The notes: generated by a model not told the origin, from the letters alone. A stretch of 45,257 nucleotides of DNA from an uncultured Gammaproteobacteria bacterium (GCA_963792545.1 CAWBXM010000006.1:1-45257), one strand, 5' to 3'; positions 1-9,730 are shown, counted from the stretch's first letter. Translations and numbers: made by a program.

Positions 1-72
1 CGTGCCAGCAACAGCGGCTTTCGATAAAAAGTCGCGTCTTGAGCTATTGATTTTGTCGTTAGAATTTTTCAT
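1..72 (-). CDS. dsrO: DsrO periplasmic Fe-S protein, N-terminal fragment (runs off the window edge)
   Basis: Manual translation of 72->1 gives MKNSNDKINSSRRDFLSKAAVAGT with a twin-arginine motif SRRDFL. The start overlaps the dsrJ stop (ATGA, 69-72). Position follows the canonical dsrJ-dsrO order. Confidence 0.85.
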   Translation of the reverse strand, partial: MKNSNDKINSSRRDFLSKAAVAGT

Positions 73-548
73 TGCTGGTTAACGCCTTTGTCTGTCTTTT
101 CACTGGCCGCTAGAGTTTGTTGTAACTGTTTTTGCAACGAAGAGGTGTGTGCTCCACGTTTGATAAATTTTTGTGGGCGGTCAGCGTGACACTGGAAACA
201 GTCAATCTGCACAGATGCATATTGATGACAGGCGTTGCAGAAATGCTGGTCGCTGTCTATGCCTGCAATCTGACCATCTTTATCCGGCTGGACATGGCAG
301 TTAATACAGTTCGCAAGGCTTTCCGGTTCGTTACGAATGCCTTCATGCACGGTTTCATCACGTTCGTGCAAAATGTAGTTCATGTGATTTCTACGCATCT
401 CATGTTCGTCATGAATACACTTTGCGTCCTCATCTGACGGTTCATGAATCGTAGGGAAAGGCGTCTCAGCCAGTGCCGAAGTCGACAGCAGTGTGAAGCC
501 TATCAATGCATAAACTAAAACTGCAACTTGTCGTAAAAATCGTGTCAT
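69..548 (-). CDS. dsrJ: DsrJ periplasmic triheme cytochrome c
   Basis: N-terminal signal peptide; three CxxCH motifs (CINCH, CNACH, CFQCH); MRRNHM motif; follows dsrL. Confidence 0.93.
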   Translation of the reverse strand: MTRFLRQVAVLVYALIGFTLLSTSALAETPFPTIHEPSDEDAKCIHDEHEMRRNHMNYILHERDETVHEGIRNEPESLANCINCHVQPDKDGQIAGIDSDQHFCNACHQYASVQIDCFQCHADRPQKFIKRGAHTSSLQKQLQQTLAASEKTDKGVNQQ

Positions 549-594
549 CAGATTACCTGTTTTTTATATCTGTAATGAACCGTTATTGTGTATC

Positions 595-681
595 TGTAGG
601 GCGGACCAGGAAATGTAAACCTGGGTTCCGCGACCGCACCTGTATATCATGGCAATCGCGGAACAATATTCCGCTCCTACA
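595..681. repeat. GTAG-type REP doublet (REPIN-like) in the dsrL-dsrJ spacer
   Basis: Left arm TGTAGGGCGGA...TTCCGCGA (595-633). Inverted right arm reads TGTAGGAGCGGAATATTGTTCCGCGA on the minus strand (681-656). GTAG tetranucleotide followed by an imperfect palindrome is typical of REPs. Confidence 0.7.
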
Positions 682-692
682 AGAGTTATTGT

Positions 693-2666
693 TTAAGAAA
701 CACCCAGTGCCATATCGATGTAACCGGTAGGGCATACATCAGCACAGATATGACAACCAATACATTTAGTGTAGTCAGTGTCTACATAACGACCTAAAGT
801 TTTGCTGTCTTTCTTAACACGGAAAACGGCATCCTGTGGGCAGTAGATAACACAGTTATCACACTCGAAACACATACCGCAACTCATACAACGACCTGCT
901 TCTTTAACCGCTTTGGCTTCTTCAAGACTGGTCTGACGTTCTGCGAAATGACCTAGTACTTCCTCGGAAGAAGGTACGTCTGTATCGCGCAGGATACGTT
1001 CTTCATAATCAAAGTGTCCAAGGAATAAATGATCAGCTGAGATGATTTCCTGAGATGAACGATCTTCGTAGTTATGGATTGCGTACTTGTTAGAGTCAGT
1101 GCCACGCTGACCGTCATCTTTATGGTCGGCCGCATCATAAGACTCAACATCTAAACCAGCTTCATGCAGTTTCTTATTTAAATCGAAGAAATGAACGTCA
1201 ACTTTAGGACGTTTTTTAACTTTGATATTATTAAAATGATTTTCGATAGTTTCAGAAACGATATAAGCCTGACCGATTGCTGTAGTTAACAGGTGGGGGC
1301 GAACGATATCTCCACATACGAAGTGATTTTCTTTGCCCGGTACGCGGAACATGTGGTCAGCGTCTACCAGGTTGCGACCATTGTTGAAGTCTTCAAGACC
1401 TTCAAGATTACCGCCCTGACCGATCGCTGCAACGATGAGGTCAGCTTCAACGATGTATTCTTTACCGCCTTCGACAGCAACCGGTGCATTGTTTTCCCAC
1501 TTGGAGTCAACAAACTTCATGCCCGTCGCACGACCGTTGGCATCACGAATGAGGGCAACAGGCATAACTTCGTTCATGATGTTAACGCCTTCGATAGTCG
1601 CGTCTTCAACTTCATGCTGTGCCGCTGTCATCTCTTCTTTCTTGAACAGTGCAGTCAGTGTTACCTGGTCACAAGGAATGTTTTTTGATGAATCATGGTC
1701 AGCGTGTGAGATTACAGAGTTCACGACATCTTCTGGGTTTTCTTTAAGATCAGCTAATGTACCGATGCGACGTGATACAGAGACAACATCGATAGAAGTA
1801 TCACCACCACCAATACACAGAACTTTTTTGCCTGTGTATTTCATGTTGCCTTCGTTGAATTGCTCAAGGAATTGTACAGCAGATACACAGTTAGGTGTTT
1901 CGTCCCAGCCTTCAACAGGAACGCCACGACCAGTCCAGCAGCCTAATGCCCATAAAACAGCATCATGTTCTTTTTCTACGTCTGCAAGTTCAACGTCACG
2001 ACCCACGCGAGTGTTCATACGTGTTTCGATATTACCCATTTCTATAATACGGTTACATTCGTTGTCCAGGAAATCACGTGGCGTACGGTAGCCAGGGATA
2101 CCGTAACGCATCATGCCACCTAACTCTGAGTGGTCATCAAAAATGGTTGATGCAATACCTTTACGGCGCAACTGGTAAGCCGCAGCCATGCCTGCTGGAC
2201 CACCACCGATGATGGCGACTTTTTTACCAGTCATCTGAGCGCTGTTATCAAACTTGAAACCTTCTTTAAACGCAGTATCGCCGATGTATTGTTCAACAGA
2301 GTTGATACCAACGAAGTCTTCAACGTTGTTACGGTTACAGCCAGTCTCACAAGGAGCCGGACACACGCGACCCATCATAGAAGGGAAAGGGTTAGCATCA
2401 GTAGAGCGACGGAATGCATATTCTTGCATAGAGACGCCTTCAGGAGGAAGCTCGATACCTCGTACGATATCTAACCAGCCGCGGATATCTTCGCCTGATG
2501 GGCAGCTGCCCTGACAAGGCGGGGTACGATGTACATAAGTAGGACACTTGAATGAAGTGTCTTCATTAAAAATTTGTTTGCCGAAATCTTTATTAACGAA
2601 GTCGCCATCTTTAAATTTTCTGAAGGTTAACTTACTGTCTTGCATATCTTGTTTCGAAGTGGCCAT
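693..2666 (-). CDS. dsrL: DsrL iron-sulfur flavoprotein (NAD(P)H:acceptor oxidoreductase), probably DsrL-1 type
   Basis: N-terminal Cys-rich ferredoxin region; FAD motif GGGPAG; second Rossmann motif GGGDTSID; C-terminal 2x[4Fe-4S] domain. No YRR motif (TLTALF instead), consistent with NAD-preferring DsrL-1. Confidence 0.95.
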   Translation of the reverse strand: MATSKQDMQDSKLTFRKFKDGDFVNKDFGKQIFNEDTSFKCPTYVHRTPPCQGSCPSGEDIRGWLDIVRGIELPPEGVSMQEYAFRRSTDANPFPSMMGRVCPAPCETGCNRNNVEDFVGINSVEQYIGDTAFKEGFKFDNSAQMTGKKVAIIGGGPAGMAAAYQLRRKGIASTIFDDHSELGGMMRYGIPGYRTPRDFLDNECNRIIEMGNIETRMNTRVGRDVELADVEKEHDAVLWALGCWTGRGVPVEGWDETPNCVSAVQFLEQFNEGNMKYTGKKVLCIGGGDTSIDVVSVSRRIGTLADLKENPEDVVNSVISHADHDSSKNIPCDQVTLTALFKKEEMTAAQHEVEDATIEGVNIMNEVMPVALIRDANGRATGMKFVDSKWENNAPVAVEGGKEYIVEADLIVAAIGQGGNLEGLEDFNNGRNLVDADHMFRVPGKENHFVCGDIVRPHLLTTAIGQAYIVSETIENHFNNIKVKKRPKVDVHFFDLNKKLHEAGLDVESYDAADHKDDGQRGTDSNKYAIHNYEDRSSQEIISADHLFLGHFDYEERILRDTDVPSSEEVLGHFAERQTSLEEAKAVKEAGRCMSCGMCFECDNCVIYCPQDAVFRVKKDSKTLGRYVDTDYTKCIGCHICADVCPTGYIDMALGVS

Positions 2667-2796
2667 GCCATATCTCCTGTTGCTTAACTAAGGACGTTGT
2701 CCCTGGTATATGTCAATAATTATGAGTTATTAAAATTTCTAATTCTATATTGCTAATTCTATATAAATTAAGTACTACCAAATTTCCTGAGTAAAT

Positions 2797-4329
2797 TTAA
2801 GCCGCGGCTTCAGTGTCATCAGCTTCTTCGCCTTGGCCTTCAAGGATGATCGCGTTGCTTACCAACTGGTGAACACTCACGATCTGATCCATAGTCATGC
2901 CGTAATAAGGTAAAACCTTTGTGAACTGAGATTTACAGATGGCGCATATAGCTGCCATGTGTGTGACGCCATGATCGGCAACAACATTCTTCAACGATTC
3001 CATACGTGGCTGTGCGCCTTTAATACGTAGTTCCATCAGGTCATCAGTTAACAGACCGCCACCGCCGCCACAACAAAATGTCTGATCATGGATAGTGTCA
3101 GCTGACATGTCATGGAAGTTGTTACATACCGCCTGAATTACCTGGCGAGGCGTAGTGAACTGACTACCCTCTGTGTCACCGATACGTGATGCACGTGCGA
3201 TGTTGCATGAATCATGGAAGGTCAGAGTCATGTGATCGTTTTCAGTCTTATCAATATTTAATATATTGCGATCTAAACAGTCTTTAGTAAATTCAAGAAT
3301 GTGCTGTGGGATAGGGTAGTTCTGATCAAGGAAATCCCATGGCCCAGCCAGTGTATTTAAATGGTTGTATGCAACCCGCCATGCGTGGCCGCACTCGCCA
3401 AATACCAGGCGTTTAACGCCGAGCTCTTTTGCTGCGTCACGGATACGCAGTGAGATCTCACGCATGTGTTCGTAACTACCAATGAATAGACCGAAGTTGG
3501 CTGCTTCTGATGCTTTTGAACTCATTGTCCAGGTAACACCCGCCGCGTGGAATACTTTTGCATAACCGATTAAGCCATCGATGTGTGGTTCAGCGAAGAA
3601 ATCAGCAGAAGGTGTGACCAGTAATATTTCCGCGCCTTTCTCATCAAGAGGGAAACGTACTTTAATGCCGATATCGTCTTCGACTTCTTCTTCCAGGCCT
3701 TCTAGTGTATCTACCAGGGCAGGCTCCGGCAGACCAAGGTTGTTTCCAATCTTATGTACTTTAGGGATGATCTGGTTAGAGTACTTTTGACCCATGCCAA
3801 TCTGCGCCAGCATATCACGCGCGGCCATGGTTACTTCAGCGGTATCGATACCGAAAGGACAGAACACTGCGCAGCGACGACACTCAGAACACTGGTGATA
3901 GTAGCTGTACATGTCTTTGATTGCATCTTCTGTTAAGTCGATAGCGCCAACCAGCTTAGGAAAATATTTGCCGGCAAAGGTGAAATAACGGCGATAAACT
4001 TTGCGCAGTAAATCCTGACGCGCCACTGGCATGTTTTTCGGATCGGCTGTACCGATATAGTAATGGCATTTGTCAGTACATGCACCGCATTTAACGCAGG
4101 TGTCCATGAATACCTGTAAAGACCGGTATTTACTGAGTTTGTCTTCCATTAGCTCTAGAAACTTTTCTTTCCAGCCATCAATAAGACCTTTCTCGTCTGC
4201 AGAAGGGTAACCCATGGCAGTCTGGAATTCTTCACCGGCAACAAAAGGAGAGCTATGAGCCATCGCACCTTCCATAATGGAAGGTATGATGGGAAATTCG
4301 TGCGTTTCTGGTATTTCGTAATCAGCCAT
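2797..4329 (-). CDS. dsrK: DsrK, HdrD-like Fe-S subunit of DsrMKJOP
   Basis: Two CxxCxxCxxxC motifs, ECGH, and a C-terminal CCG domain (CCGGGGG ... CAIC). Confidence 0.96.
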   Translation of the reverse strand: MADYEIPETHEFPIIPSIMEGAMAHSSPFVAGEEFQTAMGYPSADEKGLIDGWKEKFLELMEDKLSKYRSLQVFMDTCVKCGACTDKCHYYIGTADPKNMPVARQDLLRKVYRRYFTFAGKYFPKLVGAIDLTEDAIKDMYSYYHQCSECRRCAVFCPFGIDTAEVTMAARDMLAQIGMGQKYSNQIIPKVHKIGNNLGLPEPALVDTLEGLEEEVEDDIGIKVRFPLDEKGAEILLVTPSADFFAEPHIDGLIGYAKVFHAAGVTWTMSSKASEAANFGLFIGSYEHMREISLRIRDAAKELGVKRLVFGECGHAWRVAYNHLNTLAGPWDFLDQNYPIPQHILEFTKDCLDRNILNIDKTENDHMTLTFHDSCNIARASRIGDTEGSQFTTPRQVIQAVCNNFHDMSADTIHDQTFCCGGGGGLLTDDLMELRIKGAQPRMESLKNVVADHGVTHMAAICAICKSQFTKVLPYYGMTMDQIVSVHQLVSNAIILEGQGEEADDTEAAA

Positions 4330-4363
4330 TATTATTCTCAGTTAGCAGTTTTCCAGTGATAGA

Positions 4364-5125
4364 TTAAGCGTTACGGCCATCTTTGGCTTCGATTTCAGCG
4401 CCCCATGGCGACAGATGACGCTTTTCACGCGGGTTATCAACCTGATAGCGTGTTGGAGCCATAAACAAACCGGGCGCATGCATTAACTTACTGATTGGGA
4501 AAATTATCGCCAAAAATAGAACCATGGTCAGGTGTGCTAATAAAATTAGGTCAGCAGGCAGATCCTGCCAGTCGAACAGGAATAAACCCATGATAAATGC
4601 TTTTAACTGTACGATGTCTGTGTGTGAAACATAGACGATGGATAATCCGGTGCCTGCGATGCCCATGATTAAAATCAGCATTAAATAATCAGAAGGAGAT
4701 GAGATATAACGTACGCGATCTACAAAGATGCGACGTCCAAAGAGGCCGAGCAAGCCAAAAAGCATTGCAAAACCTGCATAGTGACCAAAACTTTGCACCA
4801 CCATGTTGTTGACTAGCGGCCATAAAAAAGAATTCGGTGAAATCACGTAACGTAAGTGGCGGAAAAATGCGAGTAGCAAAGAAGCGTGGAATATGAAGCC
4901 AAATATCCAGGTCCACTTTGTTGCACGGAACAGGCTGTTGAACAGAACAACCTCGGTGAAAAAACGATAAACAACACCTGACCTGGTTAAAGGTGCAGGG
5001 GTAACGGCTATTTTTAATGGTGCTGGAACACGTTTGTACTGCAACATCTTGTTGGTGATGCCAGCCACTAATGTGATCATTGCCACATAAAAAAGTATGA
5101 CATACAAAATACTAAGTGCGCTCAT
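4364..5125 (-). CDS. dsrM: DsrM, NarI-like membrane cytochrome b
   Basis: Multiple TM helices with His ligands (FHASLL, RHLRY, AHLT, SKLMH); lies between dsrC and dsrK. Confidence 0.95.
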   Translation of the reverse strand: MSALSILYVILFYVAMITLVAGITNKMLQYKRVPAPLKIAVTPAPLTRSGVVYRFFTEVVLFNSLFRATKWTWIFGFIFHASLLLAFFRHLRYVISPNSFLWPLVNNMVVQSFGHYAGFAMLFGLLGLFGRRIFVDRVRYISSPSDYLMLILIMGIAGTGLSIVYVSHTDIVQLKAFIMGLFLFDWQDLPADLILLAHLTMVLFLAIIFPISKLMHAPGLFMAPTRYQVDNPREKRHLSPWGAEIEAKDGRNA

Positions 5126-5253
5126 TAAAATATCTCGTTAGGTGAATCTTAATAAAAATCTATTATTTTCGTCTGGTTATCACAGAACTTCATTTCGCGA
5201 TAACCCAACTTTAAATAAAGCACATCAAGTAACAACTAAATGAACCTTATTTA

Positions 5254-5287
5254 AAGTTACGGGGACGATGTAACTGCCCCCGAACTT
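5254..5287 (-). promoter_or_regulatory. Intercistronic RNA stem-loop downstream of dsrC
   Basis: Minus strand AAGUU-CGGGGGC-AGUUACAUC-GUCCCCG-U-AACUU. The G.U pair forms only on the mRNA strand; no long U tract follows. Confidence 0.6.
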
Positions 5288-5316
5288 AATAATTTTTAAC
5301 TTTTAAAGATTAAAAA

Positions 5317-5652
5317 TTATACACAGCCAGTTGGCTTTGGAAGACCAGCATATTTACATGCTTGCTTACCTGGGCCATATGGGAACAACTCATAAAGGTA
5401 TTTGCTGTTACCTTTTTCTTTACCAAGACGCTTACCAACTGCTTTAGTTAGTACACGTACTGCTGGAGCAATTTGATACTCTTCGTAGTACTCGCGCAAG
5501 AAGTTGATGATGTCCCAGTGCTCTTGAGTCAAAGGCTGGTCTTCAGCTGCAGCCATAGCTTCGCCTATTGCAGGTTCCCATTCGTTTAAGTTAGCTAGAT
5601 AGCCTTCTTCATCCACTTCAAATGATTTTCCGTTTACTTCAATTGCTGACAT
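5317..5652 (-). CDS. dsrC: DsrC sulfur carrier
   Basis: C-terminal arm KQACKYAGLPKPTGCV retains both conserved cysteines. Confidence 0.97.
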   Translation of the reverse strand: MSAIEVNGKSFEVDEEGYLANLNEWEPAIGEAMAAAEDQPLTQEHWDIINFLREYYEEYQIAPAVRVLTKAVGKRLGKEKGNSKYLYELFPYGPGKQACKYAGLPKPTGCV

Positions 5653-5692
5653 ATTTGTTTCCTCGTAGTGAGCTTAATAATAAAATGTGTTT

Positions 5693-5995
5693 TTAAAGCC
5701 AAGATTGAACAGAGTCGTGCTCAGCTACTAAACTAACAAAGCCTTCATAATCGACGACTTTGATACCATCAGCCAGTTTACCTTCGAGTCCACGAGCCTG
5801 AAGGTCTGGACCGAGTACGGCAAATGAAACACCGCTGGCGTTTTTGATCTTTTCTGCAGCACTGGTACCAGTGGTTGCAGCATATACTCCGTCTTCGATC
5901 AGCAGAACGGTAGAACCGCTTTTTGCGTAACCTAAACAAGCGTCGAATGTGTTAGATTCGAATGGAGATTTGTTTACTGTGTGTAATAGTCCCAT
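5693..5995 (-). CDS. dsrH: DsrH (TusB family) sulfurtransferase subunit
   Basis: LHTVNKSPF, LLIEDGVY and DLQARG motifs; operon position. Confidence 0.96.
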   Translation of the reverse strand: MGLLHTVNKSPFESNTFDACLGYAKSGSTVLLIEDGVYAATTGTSAAEKIKNASGVSFAVLGPDLQARGLEGKLADGIKVVDYEGFVSLVAEHDSVQSWL

Positions 5996-6020
5996 GATTG
6001 TCTCTTAATTTTATATTGGC

Positions 6021-6425
6021 CTAGAAGCTCAGGATTATTTCTTGTTCAGACATAACATCAGCTAACTCTGCACGGCTCACCAAACGGATAGAGTCTTTTT
6101 CTGCGTAGTCTTCATCTTCATCTTCCCAAACGAGATGCTGAAGATCATCTAATGTTAAACCACGCTCTTCGAGTGACTCTTTTTCGACGTAGATTTTAGT
6201 TACTTCGTAATCACCAAGAGCGGAGTAAACTGGTGAGAAATTCTTCTGACCAATAGCTGTAGTGTTTTGCCCCTTAGTTAGTTCGTATACACCGTCACCG
6301 ATGAATGCAAGACTAACGTCCTGGTCAAATGCTGCACCAATTAAAACAACCTCTAAAGACTCCAGAGCATAAATCGTGCCGTAAGGAGCTTTGCGGTTAA
6401 CGTACATGAATTTTTTAACTGCCAT
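6021..6425 (-). CDS. dsrF: DsrF (TusC family) sulfurtransferase subunit
   Basis: RKAPYGTIYALESLE and FIGDGVY motifs. Confidence 0.96.
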   Translation of the reverse strand: MAVKKFMYVNRKAPYGTIYALESLEVVLIGAAFDQDVSLAFIGDGVYELTKGQNTTAIGQKNFSPVYSALGDYEVTKIYVEKESLEERGLTLDDLQHLVWEDEDEDYAEKDSIRLVSRAELADVMSEQEIILSF

Positions 6426-6436
6426 ATCTAATTCTC

Positions 6437-6829
6437 CTATGCACCGAAAACGACTAAACGGTCAGCTTCGATGCCGGCTTCGATCAATTGACCCAGGCCA
6501 GAAATACGGAAACCTTCCATCAGGTTATTATCCTCAAAACCCTGGCGTTTCGCTTCATCAACATCCATGATGCCGCGACGCTGAGCTGCTGCAATACAAA
6601 CAACCATATCCAGGTTGTTTGCTAGAGACAGTTCTGACCATTGTTTTGCAATATTGCGATCATCTTGTGGCGGAACCGCAAGTTTGGTCGCATTATTAAC
6701 ACCGTCGTGATAGAAGAAAACACGAAATATTTCATGCCCGGCAGCAAGTGCAGCTTTAGTAAACTGATACGCCGTATCAGATGCCTGGTGCTGGTATGGA
6801 CCTTCGTTAACTTGAATACTAATCTTCAC
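6437..6829 (-). CDS. dsrE: DsrE (TusD family) sulfurtransferase subunit
   Basis: FFYHDGV motif and active-site CIAAAQRRG; GTG start. Confidence 0.96.
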   Translation of the reverse strand: MKISIQVNEGPYQHQASDTAYQFTKAALAAGHEIFRVFFYHDGVNNATKLAVPPQDDRNIAKQWSELSLANNLDMVVCIAAAQRRGIMDVDEAKRQGFEDNNLMEGFRISGLGQLIEAGIEADRLVVFGA

Positions 6830-6866
6830 AGTAATACCTTTATTCGATAATCGTTAATAATATTAA

Positions 6867-7943
6867 TTAGAAGCGAATGTGAGTCGAAGCATTTAAGCTG
6901 TTACGAGCACCGCGCCAGTTATCAATGTGATACTTGGTGAAAGGCAGGTTAGTCACTTCGAAGAAACGAGGCCAGCCAATACGCTCAATCCAGTCATTGA
7001 TACGTTCCCAATCTTTAGCATCGTTTTTGTATGCTTTAAGAATGTTTTTCACGATAGCAGTAGCTTCAGGCCAGCGTGGTGGATTGTTTGGGATACCAGC
7101 AGCAACTAATTTCTGGAAAGTCGGTTTGCTACGAGCGTTAGAGTGATTACCGCCAACCCATACTGCTAATTTAGAATGCTCAGCATCATTAATTTGCATT
7201 GGAGGGCAAGGAGGGAAACATGCGCCGCAACAGATACATTTCTTCTCATCAACTTCTAAAGAAGGTTTGCCGTTAACCATCGCAGGACGAATCGCAGCTA
7301 CCGGGCAACGTGCAACAACAGAAGGTCGCTCACAGATGTTAGATACTAAATCGTGATTGATCTTAGGTGGTTTAGTGTGTTGAACGTTAATAGCGATGTC
7401 GCCTTGACCACCACAGTTAATCTGACAACATGATGTAGTGATATGAACACGGTTAGGCATGTTGCAGTTACGGAACTCGTCGATCAACTCGTCCATCATA
7501 GACTTAACAACACCTGATGCATCAGTACCAGGGATATCACAGTGTAACCAGCCCTGTGTGTGAGAAAGCATTGTTACAGAGTTCTTGGTACCGCCAACGA
7601 TGTAACCTTTGTCGGTAATCGCTTTGATTAAAGGCTCAACTTTCGCTGGGTCAGCAACCATGTATTCAACGTTACTACGGATAGTGAAGTGTATATAACC
7701 ATCAGCGAATTCATCGCCAATATCACATAGTTCACGTAGAGAGAAGATATCAAGAATACGTTGTGTACCAACACGTACGGTCCAGATTTCGTCGCCGCTA
7801 TAACCTACGTGACGAAGCACACCCGGTTTTGGATGCTCATGGAATTTCCATGCGCCGTAATTTTTACGCATAACTGGGTGCATGTATTGGAAGCCATCTG
7901 GGCATCCAGATTCTATCGGTGAACGAGGTTTTTCATCACTCAT
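6867..7943 (-). CDS. dsrB: Reverse dissimilatory sulfite reductase beta subunit
   Basis: HTQGWLHC, CCQINCG, a ferredoxin domain, and ERINDWIERIGW. Confidence 0.98.
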   Translation of the reverse strand: MSDEKPRSPIESGCPDGFQYMHPVMRKNYGAWKFHEHPKPGVLRHVGYSGDEIWTVRVGTQRILDIFSLRELCDIGDEFADGYIHFTIRSNVEYMVADPAKVEPLIKAITDKGYIVGGTKNSVTMLSHTQGWLHCDIPGTDASGVVKSMMDELIDEFRNCNMPNRVHITTSCCQINCGGQGDIAINVQHTKPPKINHDLVSNICERPSVVARCPVAAIRPAMVNGKPSLEVDEKKCICCGACFPPCPPMQINDAEHSKLAVWVGGNHSNARSKPTFQKLVAAGIPNNPPRWPEATAIVKNILKAYKNDAKDWERINDWIERIGWPRFFEVTNLPFTKYHIDNWRGARNSLNASTHIRF

Positions 7944-7972
7944 TTTTTATTCCTCAAAAATTTAATATTTGT

Positions 7973-8000
7973 TAGACGGGGCATAAAATAGCCCCGCCCA
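7973..8000 (-). promoter_or_regulatory. Intercistronic RNA stem-loop between dsrA and dsrB
   Basis: Minus strand UGGGCGGGGC-UAUUUUAU-GCCCCGUCUA: a 10-bp stem including two G.U pairs, with no adjacent U tract. Confidence 0.6.
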
Positions 8001-8019
8001 GGATTAGATTACGAATCGA

Positions 8020-9285
8020 TTATGCGTTAGCAGCTTCTGCTTTACGCTCAAACCATTTTTCAGCTTCTTCGTCCCAGCCATCCATACGGACGTAAGAACT
8101 CTGACGAGGATTGCCGACCATGTTTGGATCTACTTCAAGACCGATACCTTCCAGGTAGTTAACCAGACCGATACGCTCGATCATCTCACCCGTACGTTCG
8201 TGTTCAAGACCATTTTCAGCCCAGAAATCGATCATTTCTTCAGCCAGTTCTACCAGGCTTTCGTAATCTTCTTCAGTTTCCATTTTCTTGAATGGGATAA
8301 CAACGGTACCCATCAGGTCACCGATCTTCAGTGTGCGTTTACCACCGACTAGTACAGTAACACCGTGGTCATCACCTGGGTGAAGCGCTTTAGGCATAAC
8401 GTTCAGGCAATGCATGCAACGTACACAGTTACGGTTATCTACTACTAATGTATTGTCTTCAGTGATAGACAGTGCATTAGTCGGGCAACGTGAAGTCATG
8501 TTGTCGATGTAGTATTGACGACCGTTTTCACCTTTCGCGTCGATGTAGTTCTTAACTTCTTCCTGATCAACTTTCATGTCATCGCGCCATGTACCGATAA
8601 TGGCCATATCAGCACGTTCGATAGCATTCTGACAATCGTTAGGACAACCAGAAACTTTGAACTTGAATTTGTATGGAAGTGCTGGACGGTGAACATCATC
8701 AGTAAAGTTGTTTACCAGTGTGCGGTGAATCGCGTGCTCGTTCGCACAAGACATCTCACAACGTGAAGCGCCGACACAAGACATAGCAGTACGTACACAT
8801 GGACCCGCACCACCTAGATCCCAACCGTAGTCGTTGATCTCATCAAAGAAGTGCTGTGTACCTTCAGTGGTAGTACCGATAAACATGATATTACCAGTCT
8901 GTCCGTGGAAAGTTTGCAGGCCTGAACCCCATTTTTCCCAGCTATCGCCTAACTGACGTAACATAGAAGTGGTGTAGTGGTTACCTGCAGGTGGTTGAAC
9001 ACGGATAGTGTGAAATTCTTTAGACTCTGGGAAAGCTGAACCTACTTCAGAGAAGCGAGGAATAATACCGCCGCCGTAACCATAGACAGATACGGTGCCG
9101 CCTTTCCAGTAACCCTTACGAGTTTCGTATGAATGCTCAAGCTGGCCCAGCAGGCTACTTGTTACATTTTGGATACGTTCATCAGGATGATTATCACGTA
9201 AATTCTTGATACCTGAAATAAAACTCGGCCATGGGCCATTTTCAAGTTCGTCGAGCATCGGTGTTTCATAAATCTTCTTGGCCAT
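8020..9285 (-). CDS. dsrA: Reverse dissimilatory sulfite reductase alpha subunit
   Basis: TPMLDELENGPWPSF; siroheme-[4Fe-4S] motif CVGASRC...GCPNDC; YKFKFK. Confidence 0.98.
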   Translation of the reverse strand: MAKKIYETPMLDELENGPWPSFISGIKNLRDNHPDERIQNVTSSLLGQLEHSYETRKGYWKGGTVSVYGYGGGIIPRFSEVGSAFPESKEFHTIRVQPPAGNHYTTSMLRQLGDSWEKWGSGLQTFHGQTGNIMFIGTTTEGTQHFFDEINDYGWDLGGAGPCVRTAMSCVGASRCEMSCANEHAIHRTLVNNFTDDVHRPALPYKFKFKVSGCPNDCQNAIERADMAIIGTWRDDMKVDQEEVKNYIDAKGENGRQYYIDNMTSRCPTNALSITEDNTLVVDNRNCVRCMHCLNVMPKALHPGDDHGVTVLVGGKRTLKIGDLMGTVVIPFKKMETEEDYESLVELAEEMIDFWAENGLEHERTGEMIERIGLVNYLEGIGLEVDPNMVGNPRQSSYVRMDGWDEEAEKWFERKAEAANA

Positions 9286-9515
9286 GGAATATCTCCTGTC
9301 TGCCGCTATGGTTGTGTCAGTTTAAGTACAGATTGATTGTGTACCAGGGGTGCAGATTTTAGTACCAATCTATTTGTTAAACAATATCTCTTTCAATGTA
9401 ATTCGCTGCTTTGCTACGTTACATCTCTGAGGCAATCTATATTTGTGGTGCGAAGTTTAGGTTGAGATAGCAAACTGTAGAATCCTACGCATGGGGGGGG
9501 TGTTAAATTATGCTT

Positions 9516-9531
9516 TATCCCCTATGGGATA
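9516..9531. promoter_or_regulatory. Palindromic operator-like site in the dsrA/tauD divergent region
   Basis: TATCCC-CTAT-GGGATA, a perfect 6-4-6 inverted repeat. Candidate dsrA -10 TAAACT lies on the minus strand at 9459-9454. Confidence 0.45.
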
Positions 9532-9730
9532 GTGGATATTGGTCTCAGTCTAATCGAATCATGCTATTGCTATTTAAAACAAAGACTTACTCTGTATATG
9601 ATGACAATCATTCGTAGCGGTTTAATTTAACTTATATATTATGTATCTGCCAACCAGTAGTGATATTGTGATTTTTTTATTTTTTCGGCAAGCTGTAAGC
9701 TGTTTAACTTACATGCTTGAGAAAATTTTT

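Noticed and set aside
132-8766. Numerous plus-strand ORFs overlapping the dsr genes (e.g. 1435-2091)
   Set aside because: Antisense shadows of strongly codon-biased genes, without recognisable domains; the same applies to shadow ORFs elsewhere in the window.
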